A stretch of DNA of 64,000 nt from Gordius albopunctatus (taxonomy: Eukaryota): assembly GCA_964276515.1 (NCBI GenBank), contig OZ193910.1, positions 5,580,001 through 5,644,000 on the forward strand, written 5' to 3'. Shown here one piece after another: positions 10,682 through 23,779 of the stretch (position 1 is its first letter; every line of letters starts with the position of its first letter). The notes under the pieces are model-generated. The model had not been told where the DNA came from and did no database searches. It worked only from the letters and a program-made list of their open reading frames with translations. The position numbers were made by a program, and so were the translations under genes.

Positions 10682-13426
10682 TCTCTTTTAAAACTGCATA
10701 CGCAAATAAAAATAATTATTAATAAATCTTAAAGAAAAAATTAAAACAAATATTTATTTCTATATAAAGTATGAATAGACATCATAAGTGCACAATTTCA
10801 TATCATTAGGTGTTATTACATGTATTCTAGTCTGCCCATAGGTCTAGCCAGAGAAAGGCAGTATATATCCATTTTCAATAAATTAATGATTAAAATTAAA
10901 AAAAAATTGTTACTATACCTCTTGCTAAATCATTATAAACTTCTTGCCCCACCCCTTCTAATTCTGATTCTGGCAACGCCCACCAAGGTGCCCTAAAACA
11001 ATTTCTTTAATTTTATTTTATTTTCATCAAAGTGATTTATTTCTTTTACGCATTTAATTAGGTGAGAAAGTATAAATCATGAAATCTATTATATGTTTAC
11101 CTTTTTAATAAATTTAGTAATTTTAAATTATTGAATTATATAGTAAGTAGATCGATGCATCAGCTCAAAATAAAGTGAACTTATCATATCTAAACCCTAG
11201 AAATTTTAAAAATGGATCACCTGATCACTTAACAAGTGAGATAATATATATAATTTTGCAAAATTTTTGAAACTTTTTTAATTGGCTACGGTCCTAAATT
11301 ATATTGATTTTATATCAGAGTTCGACCCTTATGCATATTAGACTTTATTAGAATGCTTTTACAACCTCATTTAGGCCAAAATATCACTATCACTTGTATT
11401 TAAATCTATGTCTTCAACGTCTCTCTATTCACATATAATAAATGTCAGAGATGTTATATCCTGATTGATTAAAACAAGTCCATGGCTTTAGCTTAATACT
11501 TTCGATTTGGAGCATAAAATATTATGTATATTAATGTAAATGTAATTTTTATGCTAAACAGTTATCGCTATTATCCTACCACAAACATTACGTGCAGGCC
11601 TCAAGTCATTGTATCTTAATTTTGGAACATTAAACGACCTATAAGGTCGTATTTACGATTATCAATATTCATAGCCTATAGTGTTGGCTGCTTGAATAAC
11701 TAATGAGTAGACAGCGGATGCCAAGACACTAAAAGCCAACATTTTAAGCGCGTAAAATAAGGTATTAAACTATTAATTTAGGCTTTAAAATAATAGGTAA
11801 TATTTTGAACAAATTTAAAACTTAGTCTAAAGCAAATATCTAAAAACCATAGTAGAATTATCATACATTAAATGATTTATTTTTTTTGATTTAGAGAAAA
11901 AAATTTGTGGCTTTCGTCGTATAAAATAAATTTATACATTTAGAAAGAGCGCTTTACTTTAATTAAGAAAAATTACCATATTTTAAGCTATCACAAGTTG
12001 CAATAAGAGTTCAATTTCATTTTGCGACTATACCTATTATTAATATGTTAACAACAGTGAACACTATCTAGTTAATGTTTTTTTTGAAGTATTGTTTCAA
12101 ACTTCGTCTCCACCTTTTCACACAGAGCTATATCTAGGTATTTATTAAGTTAAACAGGTTATTTATACCTAAATCTTAAAAACCTCTTGATACAAACGTA
12201 GATTTATTAATATTATAATAAAGAAAATAAGTTTTTTTTCTAAACTACTCTGTTTACTAATGACATTATTTAAATGCAATTAATTTCGACACCAATGTGA
12301 AAATTTTTTATATCAAGACATAAACTAAATTGACATTACTTATCGAAACCTTAGGTAGGACTCTCATTTGCTAATTAAATTTCGAATAAAATCGAAGTAT
12401 TTTCCCTAAAAAATGGGATAACCTTGGTTCACTTTTGTTTTTACTCTCTTTACAATGTCTGAGTTAATTGAAAATGGTGTATATTAGTTATATTAATTTA
12501 GTTATCTGTCGCAATATACCTTTTTCGAATTACAAATGGAAGAAGATTACTTTCTTCAAGGTTATAAGTTTTAATTTAACTTTTAAAATCGATAAAAACT
12601 ACTGGTGTTAATATAGTGGCTAAAGAATTAATGCCCAGTCTGATGATTTATTAACTCTCTCTGGTTTATTTAGTAACTTGACTGTATAATTAATTATGCA
12701 TACAAATTATAATTTTTCTTTTAAAGCAAAAAACATGTCTCAAGAATGCTTTAAAATATACAAATTGTTATTTAGCAGTGATGACAATACAAAATTTGAA
12801 GATTCGCATTTATTTTTTCCCGATACACCTCTTTGAATATATTTATGTTTACGTAATTGGCATAAAGTATTTTAACTGTTTGTGTCAAGTTGCCAAATTT
12901 TCATAAATTTTTAAAGCAAAGTCTTCAATTAACCAAGAGTGTGAAAGTGAAAGTTATATTCTATTATCAATTTTATAAATATAAATCTCAAAAATTTGTT
13001 ACAAAATTTATTCCAAGCACCTTCTTACTAAATTTGAAGACTTATGTATTAATCATATGTTTAAATCTAAATTCATAAGATTTAACTATTAGAATTTTTT
13101 GTTAAGGGAGTTCGACCCAAAGGAAAAAATTTAATTAGGATCAAAATATCTTAAAAAACTTTTTTTGGAAAGTAGCGGCAACTCACCACTGGCGTAGCTA
13201 GCATTTTTCCCTTGGGGGCCGAGCTTAAATTTTACATCAGTGGGAGGGGTGAATGGCGATTTAAAAAATGTTCATGGCCATTTGTCAAATTAAATAATTA
13301 GCGTTCCTTTATGTAATATTTTTCAAAATTCGTTTGAATTTGTACCTTTTTAAGTCCATATTAATATTATTTTCTCAATTCTTAGATCTCCCCCCTTACC
13401 TCGACTTACACATGAGCATGCGAAAT

Positions 13427-14393
13427 TAGAGACTTGCAACAAGCCTTTTAAATACATAAAAACTGGAATCCGGTTCTAGCACTTGAAAATAATAAATAAT
13501 AATCGCGATCGGTTAATTATTTACAAAACCCGAGCCCGAGACACCATACAAAAATTTGTATCTAATTTCTTTTCATATTGGATTATATTTTTTGTAATTA
13601 CACAAAATATGTATGTTACAGATGTTAAGAAGAATCGTGCAAAAAATTATACTTAGCAAAATATTCAATTAGCTTACACTAATGTTTATATTTTTTAAGT
13701 GTATGATACGGTGGAGCTTGGTGTATACTAAGCTCCACCGTATGACGAATGACTTTCTCATGACAAAAATGGGTATTCAACCTATGGCGGACATGATTAA
13801 GGAAACTTGGCTAAGGTGGTATGGGCAGATACTAAGGAGGGATACAGATGACGTAAATCGAAAAGTACTGGACATGGAGGTACATGGAAAGAGAGGAAGA
13901 GTACGACCCCGTGTTCACGTGGAAAGGGCAAGTCGATAAAGTTATGGAAACTAAAGAGATTAGTCAAGACATGGCGGCACTCACCCGTTCAAGATGGAAG
14001 AAACTTATCAAAACAAACCCACCAATGTGGGACCAAATAACTGATAAAGAAGAAGAAGAAGTGTATGATGGAACTGGGCCATGTCTTCGTTTTTAATTAA
14101 CACTCATCAATTTAAAATGCGCCTTTTGATATTGAAGAATGGATGAATTAAGAAAAAATGTAATTTTTAGTTTCATTGAATTTTTATTTAATAAACATTA
14201 TAAATTAATATAAAACAAAGGCACCTTTCTTAATACTTTATAATATATAGAAAAATCTAAATGATTTGGTAACGGGCTTTCAGAGGCTTTTCTTATCTCT
14301 ATGCACGACCCGAGCCCGCTAATTTACACAACGGTTCGTCCCCGGCCCGTTGTTTCCTGTAAAGCAAACCCTTTCAAGCCGTGCTAGTCTCTG
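13427..14393. mobile_element. hAT-type MITE (TAGAGAC TIR, CCCGA motifs)
   Basis: TAGAGACTTGCA / TGCTAGTCTCTG termini with subterminal CCCGAGCCCG motifs. Confidence 0.6.
13708..14058 (+). mobile_element. 5'-truncated RTE LINE copy with 11-bp TSD
   Basis: Same family as 1-311 and 2980-3345, with a (GAA)n tail. AAGTGTATGAT is duplicated at 13697-13707 and 14059-14069. Confidence 0.9.
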
Positions 14394-17300
14394 AGCGGAA
14401 ATAACCACAATGAAATATATTTTATTTATAATAAAAAATGCATGTTAAATAACAAAGAAATTATGAAATTAAAAAGATTATATTAAGGTTACATAAAATT
14501 ATATGGGTAGTGACTAGTGAGTTTGCACAAAACAATAGAGCCCAAAATCGAACGGGGATAATAATTTGTTGTTGCGCCAATCTCAAAACTTTACTTTTAA
14601 ATTACTGTTGTTTGGAGATTTTCAAAATAAGTTAAGTTTTACTTGCCAGGCTACAAAGCGGAAATTTAATATAAATAAGTCACTTAGTTCAGGTAAAATA
14701 ATTAACCATTTAAAATCAAATAAAAATAATATTAATTAAATTACAATATATATTAAAAAATTGCTGGGGGGAAGGCAAAGGGACCACAACTTTGCTTTTG
14801 GGGGAGGGGCTTAGCCCCGTTGGCCCCCGCTAGCTACGCAAATGGAACTGAACCTTAGGAAATAATTTATATATTTTAATAGCAATTAAAAATTTGAAGT
14901 AAAATGTGACTGAGAGGTTTTGGCTCGCGTTAATCTTACATAAAATAAACATTATGAAAGTGTGTAAGAAGTCCTCCTAAATTTTCAATTATTTTATCTA
15001 TACATTTGATAAATTATATAATTATGTTTGCAAAAAATATCATATCTGAAAGGTTTTTAGCTTAATACTTTTTTAGATCATTTACCATAACAAATTATTA
15101 TATATAAGTTAAGATATAATATATTTAAAAACTAATTTGTGTTGGTCAGATACTGTTGATATGAGGTGAGATACAATAAAAACACTCAAGTTTTGTTGAT
15201 CAAATAACATATATTAACATATTATAAGTAAAGATACAGTAAGTTTGGAATAATAAATCTAATATAACCTTTAAAAATATTAAGCTACTCTTAAGTGGAA
15301 ACTTCTCTTATATGTTATTTGCTCAAAAGATAGGTTTTACCAAAAGTTTAGAATTAAAATCCAAAAATAAGTGTTCAAAATATTTAAATACCCTCACAGG
15401 AATGTGTTATGATAATTATATTTAAAAATATTTTATCTCCATCCCTTTTACTTTTTTTGATTATTTTCCTTTACTCTTAATTTTTTATAAGATTAATTAT
15501 TTAGCATATTATATTGCAAATAACAAAGTGGGATTAGGCTTTAATTATTAAAAGGCTAAAATTTCAAGATATATGACCATTTTGTCAAGCCTATAACCGG
15601 TCCCAAAAAGGGGTTTTCTTTTATAAATCTTTGGTAATTATTTTTAACCATATAATTTCTTATTCATTCCTTATGACAAGATACATAATTAAGATTATAT
15701 TTTTTATTATTGTTTTTAAAAATAATAGTTAGAAAGGACGGCCTTCAATGATTTGCCCCGTCTCTTCTATTACATTTTTACCATTAAAAATATTCTATAG
15801 GCATTTTAAATTAAAGATAGACAGATATTATTAAGCATCTTTGAGTTCTCTCATCAGAATAAATCCTATTGGTTTTGCCTTATTGCACTTTCTTTGCCCC
15901 TAACCTCGAACGGGTAAAGATTATCTTTTTTCATATAACATACTCAAATGGAAACAACTGTTAAAATTTTTTTCTCCCCTAGAGATTACGAGGACCCGCA
16001 TTGAAATAAATATAAAAAATTTAATAAATCGTAAAATTTATCATTTATTTGTTTAAAAATTTTTTGAGGTTTAGGTAATATATATCTAGAATATACCTAA
16101 GATTTCAATGAAAAAATACCTTCTAAAGGTTATGATAGACTATATGCTAAGATATTTTCAGCTCAAAGTTGACCCATCGCGAATCAAACCTTGTACACAG
16201 ATAATATTATCATTATAAATTAAACGGTTAATAAATTTGCCATATTCAAACTCAAAAAATGTTTAAAAAAATACAATGCATCAAATGCAAAACAATTTTA
16301 TAAGTTTTTAGTTTGCTACCAAATTGGACATGAACGGATACCAGATATAATATGATATTATAACTATGATGTTCAATCACAGATGCATTTTACAACATTT
16401 GAAATTGCGTTGATATAATTAATACATTGGCTACTTAAGCCAAACCGAATATCGAATTCAAAACACAAAAGCATTTCTAATTTTAATTGAAACCTTACAT
16501 CTACCCTCATAAAATCTAGTAACCTACTCTAGAGGTTAGGTTTATATTATATGACTAAATAACAAAATTTAATCTGAGGCATAACCTAAATGTCCTACTA
16601 TTATTTCATATTAAAAGATTTGTTTTAATTTGCATATTATAATAACTGGGCGAATCAAAAAAAAATATTTCAATTAAGAGCAAAGGAGTGTGGTGAATTC
16701 CCTAAGGAAGAATCTAAATACTTCCTATTGCAATAGATTACAATGGAGATTGATAAAGTCATTACAATCTCTATCAATAAATCTGGGCGGATCGAAAATT
16801 ATTGTGTAGAGCATTTAGTAGGATTTTGAAATGGATTAATTTTTTTATTATTTATAAATTGTATTATAATAATGCAGCTACTATCTTCTTGTAATTTTCG
16901 CTCGAAATATTTTTTCTGGATTTTACCCTATTATTATCTCAAAGTTTTATTTTATCATGAATTCAAAATTTTAAAAATCTTGAAATTCTTTTTTCTTGGT
17001 ATGAGGCAAAGACTTGATAAGAACTCGTATCAAAAAGGGGTTACAAAAGTTGGATTTTCTAATTGCATTTTCCTAAGAAAAAGCTAAGCAAAAGGTTTTA
17101 AAATTTGAATGGTTGAAGTACATTTTTCCCAAAAGATATACATGTCGCGTCTTTGGATTTTATGCGTAGATTACTATTATATGATTGTCAATAACTAAAA
17201 CCTAAATTTTGCATCTTTCAACTAACATATTTGAAATAACACAAGCTGATTTCTAATAAAAAATGGTTAATTTAGCATATATCAATTCAGGAAAAATACT

Positions 17301-17838
17301 TGAAAGACAGGAACTTTTTTAAGGCACAAAACTAAAACTTAAAAAAAGGAATATTATTATGAATTTCCTCTACTTTAAGTATTTGCCTTTTTAAACTTTT
17401 TCCATTTTTCGCTAGTTGTTGAAACGTTAAGTATTAGCAAACCTATATTAAAACACTGAGTATGACCTTTATATTAGCAAAATAATAGCGATTAAAAATG
17501 GAGTGTTAATCAAAAATTCATACATTAATATTTGAAAGGAATTTAAAATTAAATGCAAAATTGTAATAATTTTATTTTATTTATATTAAAAGTATTCAGC
17601 AAATTGTAATTTAAGGCATCAGTCATCTAGATCTGAATATTACATGGGCGTAGGCAAGGAGTGGGGGCGGGGAGGGGCGGCTGCCTAACACCCCTAAATC
17701 CAAAAATTTGTTGAAATTTATTTAAAAAATATGGCTAAAATTTCAAAACATGATAATTTTGGCCCTCTCTAAATCATTATTGCCCCCTTTTGATCCCAAT
17801 GCAATATTCTAAATCCTTTTTAGAATAACACTAGGAGT

Positions 17839-18906
17839 CAGAGGTAAGATTTGTGTGGAATTTTATGCCCGAACCCGGCCCGGTTCGATTTTTTAACCTC
17901 ATTTCCCACCCGAACCCTTCTAGGTGTCCGCCTAAAACATTAGAGTTACCCGAAATTCCCGGCCCGAAATATTAGTTTTGTTTGTTAGGCCCCAAATTCG
18001 GCGATCTCAAATTCTTTCAACCACTATTAAAAAAAGAAATTAAATTAATGTCATATTGAATAAAACAAATATAACAATATTTTATTATCACGGACAAAAT
18101 CTAATTTCCTATATTATTTAAAGGTCGAATGATTTTTCCAAATAAACTTTTGATTTTGAATTTTAATCCTAATGGGTCAAATCGTAGTATTTGGTCTTTC
18201 TAAATCTTGGCCAGAGTTTCTTTAAAATAATGTTAACCGCTCTAAGTCACAATATTTTAATATATTAATTGCTAATGCATTTAGGAACAAACATGTTAGA
18301 ATGTTTACAAATCATATAACAGCAAATAAATAGTCCATGTAAATATTTATATAGCAATTTTTTAATTAAGTTTAAAGTATAAATATTTTATAAATAATCT
18401 TACAATAAACAAAATTATACTCCCCTTTTGTGTTAACCCGTTTAAGCCCCTACCCTATAAATAAACTTTTTAATGAATAAAATTAGTTAAATTAGTCAAT
18501 CTGTGCTCTTAGAACTTACTTTTTTGATAAAAAACAATAATATCAATAGAATTTAAATGTTAACACTTGCATGCATTGTGTCAATTTGGGCATGACGCTT
18601 TTGTATTATGTATAGACGGCACATGTGAATTACGGAAAAATAGGGACTTGATGGAAATAGAGTGGTTCGGGCAAAAATTATAGAAATAACTTGGGGACAG
18701 ATGGCGAAATCAAGTTTCTTAACTCTATATACAATCAAATAAAAAAGTAATAAAATAATAAATTATCTAAAAAATGTATTAAGCCCGAATTGCCCGAATC
18801 CTATAATCGGGCCCGCCCGGGCCCTCCCGAAAATCAAAATTTAGGACAGTTGCCCGGCCCCCGGGCATGTTCGGGCAGCGGGCCGGGCCGGGCAATCTGG
18901 TCTCTG
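17839..18906. mobile_element. hAT-type MITE (CAGAG...CTCTG, CCCGA/GGGCC subterminal motifs)
   Basis: Perfect 8-bp TSD CTAGGAGT at 17831-17838 and 18907-18914. Confidence 0.85.
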
Positions 18907-19620
18907 CTAGGAGTTGAGAGGCATTTATCTGAAAATTTCTCTGTAATTGCTGAATTTTATTTCTTTTCTACTTTAATATCGAATAAGGATATAATTTGAT
19001 TTAAACTAAAAAGGCGGAATGATAACAAAGGGTTATATTTGTTTAAATATAATTTGATCAAAATGAGTTTTTTATATATCCATTTTAAAAATAATTCATA
19101 TTTGTCTATACCATCAATTTTGAATTTATTCTTGGTTCCATTATTTTTTTCCAGAGCTTGAAAACATGTTGGTATATTTGAGCAATTTAGAATAATTTTA
19201 TTTCATAAGCTCTCAACCTAACTCCAATCAAAATATGCAAAATAATTTTGTGCAAATATGCTACTGTAAAAGACTTCTATATTGCTTTCGCGCAAAGAAT
19301 AGCTAATGATCGCTGGTTGGCTTTAATTTTGTTTTGATCTGGTCCGAGCCCAAATTCCATTTTTATTTTTGTGCCCGACAAATCACCTTTAAATATGAAT
19401 TTCTTTTGGCAACTTGTATAGCTTGTCGCTTCACAATGATAATTACGAAACTGGCTAAATAATTATGTGCAAATTAAAGATGACCGTTACATACTTCCAG
19501 TCCCGAGGCAAGAATCCTTGTTTAATGGGCAATAAAAAGTATTCATTAAAAGGCGATAACAATTTACTACCTCCTTTAATGAATTCCATCAATCCCTATT
19601 TGCCTGATAAAGGGCATAGC

Positions 19621-20399
19621 TAAAGCCCTGCACGGGCCGCCCAAAGCCCCCCCCCCCGGCCAGCGGGAAGAATTTAATAAAACAATTGGGCCTCGGACTC
19701 GGATTGGGCCTGATAAGGCGGTCCGATCCGAGGTCCGAGTCCGGCCCGAATTGACTTAACCAAACGAATCTTTTATAAAATATGATTTAAACAAACTCAA
19801 CTCGATATTAAAAAACTACCTTCGTACACCATGCATAATATAGCTTCCATGCTTCATTTATTTTCCCTGTCTATAATATTCTGACCTAAATTGCAAATAA
19901 TATTCTAGTATTTAAATATATTCATTGTAGCTATTACTTTAGAAATAAAATAAGAGAATATTTGAAAAAGTTTTTAATTTAGAACTCCTAGATAAAATAT
20001 ATTTTATAAAGTTAGATTTCCAGTTTTAAATTATTAGCTGAATAAATTGTGGCAAGTGAAAATAAAAATTTTATTTCAAACTTATCATAGTTTTAAATTA
20101 CAAGTAATAACAATTAAATGCATTATGTATTTATATGGTAATATAATTTTCAAAAATTTATATTTGAAAAATTGGTTCGGGCTCGGGTCGGGCCAAAAAT
20201 TAAAAAGTCGTTTGGCCTCGGGTCGGATTCGGGTAAAATAAAAACAAAAACTTCGGGCCGGTCTCGGGCAGACCTGAGGGTTCAGGTTCGGAACCTTAAC
20301 CTGGGGTTGATTTTCGGGATCAACCTCAGGTTAAGGTAACCTAAAACCGACCTGAGGTTGGACCTCGGGAAAACCTGACCTAGGTTTTGATCATCACTA
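19621..20399. mobile_element. Composite MITE (TAAAGCCCTGCAC left end; CATCACTA right end)
   Basis: Left end matches the 46555 family. It carries TCGG/CCGA motifs and then ACCTGAGGTT motifs, and CATAGC lies on both flanks. Confidence 0.55.
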
Positions 20400-23300
20400 C
20401 ATAGCTAGTCTAGCTAGATCCTAATAAATTAAAACTAATTTTAACATAGCTTTTCAATTTAACGTATTTAGTTATTTACTTGATGAACCAATTATTTAAA
20501 CACGCTTTATGTCGAAATGGGTTTTTAACTGTTTTATTATTTATATTTAACAAATTAGCCAAATATATTTGTGTATTCTAATTATTGATTAATTTAATTT
20601 ATATATTCAGAACGGTAAAAAATATGCAAATTAAACTCAATTTACATTTTATTATATAATATCAGATTAAAAAAATATTTTATTTCTTCTCGAGTTTTGT
20701 ATAATTTGCTGAAATTTTGTCAAAAACCCCTCCTTTACTTGCATTGTTAAACACAAGTAAAATATTGTAATTGTATACAACATTAACAAGCCATTAGAAA
20801 AAAAATTTAACCAAGGTCCTTTATAATTATATACATTATAATTAAACAAATCAAGCGTCCGAATTTTATAAGTAAGGTCTATAGAACCCATAAATTTTAA
20901 CCGTTTTAATTTTTGAAATTTACATTCATACAACTTTATAAGACTAGAAACACTATTACTCATCGCTACATTAATTTAGAATATTAAATTAAAGAAATAT
21001 ATTTAAGCACATATAAATTAATTAAAACAACAACATATCTTTTATAATCTAATGAAACATACTAAACGCATATTAATCAACTTTTAAATATTAAATCAGG
21101 GTGTAGTAAATATCTCTGCTAAAGACTAGGATGTACATAATATGTCGCATTTTGCACATATAGAACCCAAGTCAAACTTAACAATTAACAGGTAATATCT
21201 AATTTTATTCATAACCACGTGTTTATTTTTTATAACAAAACAACCTTTCTTAAAGATTCGATTCAATTAAGTATAGTATGTAAACAGGGATAGAAGGGCT
21301 TTAAGACATGTTAATAACGATTTAGGCCAACAAGTAACCCTAACATGGCTCTAAAACCGCTTTCAGACGACGATGATCAATATACAAGACGAGCGTGGAG
21401 ACTAAGTATACTTCTAATAAAGTGATATTGATTTAATTAATCGAAGTAACATTAGAGATGCTTGTTTTATATTGCTAGGTATAATAACTATATAAACCAT
21501 TCCTTAAAATAAAGGAAGTTAAACAAGCAATTAACTTTATGAGGTTCAGACTAAAAAGAGAGTTCAACGTTTTGAATTCTTAATTTGAAAAACATAGTTA
21601 AACTTTGGTTAAAAAATTATATATGAACAAAATAATTTTAACCGTGTTATAAAAACCTTGTTTCATGAAAAAGGTATAATTAAAGATTGTCCAACATGGG
21701 CCGAATATGTGTTAAAGAGTTGGGATACATTCCATTCCTTACAAAAGTTAAACCTCCAGCAAGATTGCCCATTTAATTTATGTAGTATTATTTAATTTAT
21801 ATTAGAATTAACGTCTTGTTTATCTAACTCAATAATTTTTTTATAAATCAATATAATCGCGGTAGCAATGCCAAGCAAAGTTGGTAAGAGAAATCCTTGA
21901 TCTAGAATTATGTATCAATATAGTTAAATGTTGAGTTAATATTGACATTGATATAATCCTTGATACCTCCTCCACCAAGTTAAATCTAAATATTTTCCCA
22001 TTTTCCTTCAGTAATCTGGATGCGTTAAGAGTCCTGCACAAAAATATCGATTGAATGAGGAAGGAGGCATCTTTATTTTGGGGACACATCAATCAAGGAG
22101 ATGTGTATACAAATGTTTCTTTTAATCCAAACAGCAAAATTTTTTTAACCAGATTAAGTTAATGAGTTAATGGATACTGTTTTATGTGACCATACCACCG
22201 CCATAATTTAGCACTTGGATAGAAGATAGAAGTGATTGATTTACTAAATTCAATTGAGACCAGTTACGCAAATTATACTAAAAATATATCTTTTCCTTCT
22301 TAAACAGCAAAACAAAAACCCAAATCCCGAAAAAAATTATGCATGACTTCTAAAAATCTGCATATTAAAAGTCATGTAGTAAATCCTTTGCTCTAGGGGT
22401 GCAAATTAGGTCAAGGGATGAAAGATGAGTTTGTTGAATATTAATTTTATCGATTTTGTCCTTCAGTAGTTATAGTCAAGAAAGAGTAGAGATAATCCAC
22501 TTTCACATCATTTAAATATTTACTAATTTTAAGATGACTACTTGCGTAAATGGAATTAGGAAATAGTCACTGAGATTATGCTTTAATAGTAACGTAATTT
22601 ACCCTAAATCACAAATGAATCGGTCCTGCGTTTTGTAAAAGACTGTATAATTTCGATTTTATTACCACATCTTTGTAATCTATACAATTTGCATGGAGCT
22701 CCCTAAATATAGCGAATATTTATCTTCAACAAATATTTATTAAATCAAAATTTATGGTTAAAGGCGATCTAACCATGCTTTAACCATTGTCATTACTAGG
22801 ATTGTTAAATATTGTTGCCACCTCACACTTCATTATTAGGGTACATTAAATAGTTCTGGAGGTACGAGAACTAATTTAAAAACTTTGCTATATTTGACAC
22901 AAAATTTAGATATTTATTGATTTTTTATACACACACACACACTACACATTTGTATCAGTGTTACACTAGGGTTGTGTGCCAATAGTATTTAGTGTGAAGG
23001 GGAAGGGATATAAAATTGAGTAAGGAGCACTCCATAGATATAATAAAAAAGCACATACTATATATATATATGTATATATCAGTTCTTAGACTGCTGTTGC
23101 ATTTCTAACCGCACCCAAAACAAACAGGCATTTTCTTGTAGCTTGGGCATCCCAAAATCGCATTACTATCGTTTCTTTCCCCTTCGATAATCCCAATTCC
23201 TGGTTCCCTTGCTTGCTCTAATCGAACCACCTCATGCGTCGTACATGCTCTCAGGATACCCACAATGTGCTTTGGATTATCTCAATACCCCCTGCTCTAA

Positions 23301-23712
23301 TATATTTAAAATGGGACACTACTAATCTAACCGCACTATTCCCCATAATTCACTTATCTATTATTACATAGAACACAATCCCCATATGTAACCTTGAAAT
23401 GCAGGAAGGTTAAAAAATTATCATTCCCTTAAAAATAAAAACGACAAAATTTATTTTTAAGTTTAGGAGTGACATTTTGGATGACATTTTAAATGTAATG
23501 TAAGGCATTTAAAATGGCACGCATGCCAATTATAGTTGATGTCACAATGAATTATATAGCTTACCACTTGTTGAAATGTATTGTTCCTTCGCGTGACTAA
23601 GAAATGTGTTAAAAGGAGTCTTCCGAAACTCCCCATTATTCCATTGTCTTCCAACATCTCACATCGGGTCATTCAATACGATGAAATCAAATTAAACTTT
23701 ATTCTTTAAATT

Positions 23713-23779
23713 ATGGTGGACTTGGGAGCTTATGTATTGTTACTCGTCGAAACAAAGGATAAGAAAATCAAACTCTACG
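23713..23779 (+). CDS. MPP5: MPP5-like coding exon 1 ([22 protein letters not shown])
   Basis: ATG start and phase-1 donor G|GTATTT; joins the next exon to give ...KIKLYGSPAD. Confidence 0.75.

Larger units (their letters stand above)
13187..14844. mobile_element. hAT-type MITE (CACTGGCGTAGCTAGC TIR) hosting nested insertions
   Basis: Imperfect TIRs CACTGGCGTAGCTAGC / GCTAGCTACGCAAATG; degenerate 8-bp flanks CAACTCAC / GAACTGAA. Confidence 0.65.

Noticed and set aside
21841..22092. 83-aa minus-strand ORF
   Set aside because: No motif and no supporting neighbouring exons.
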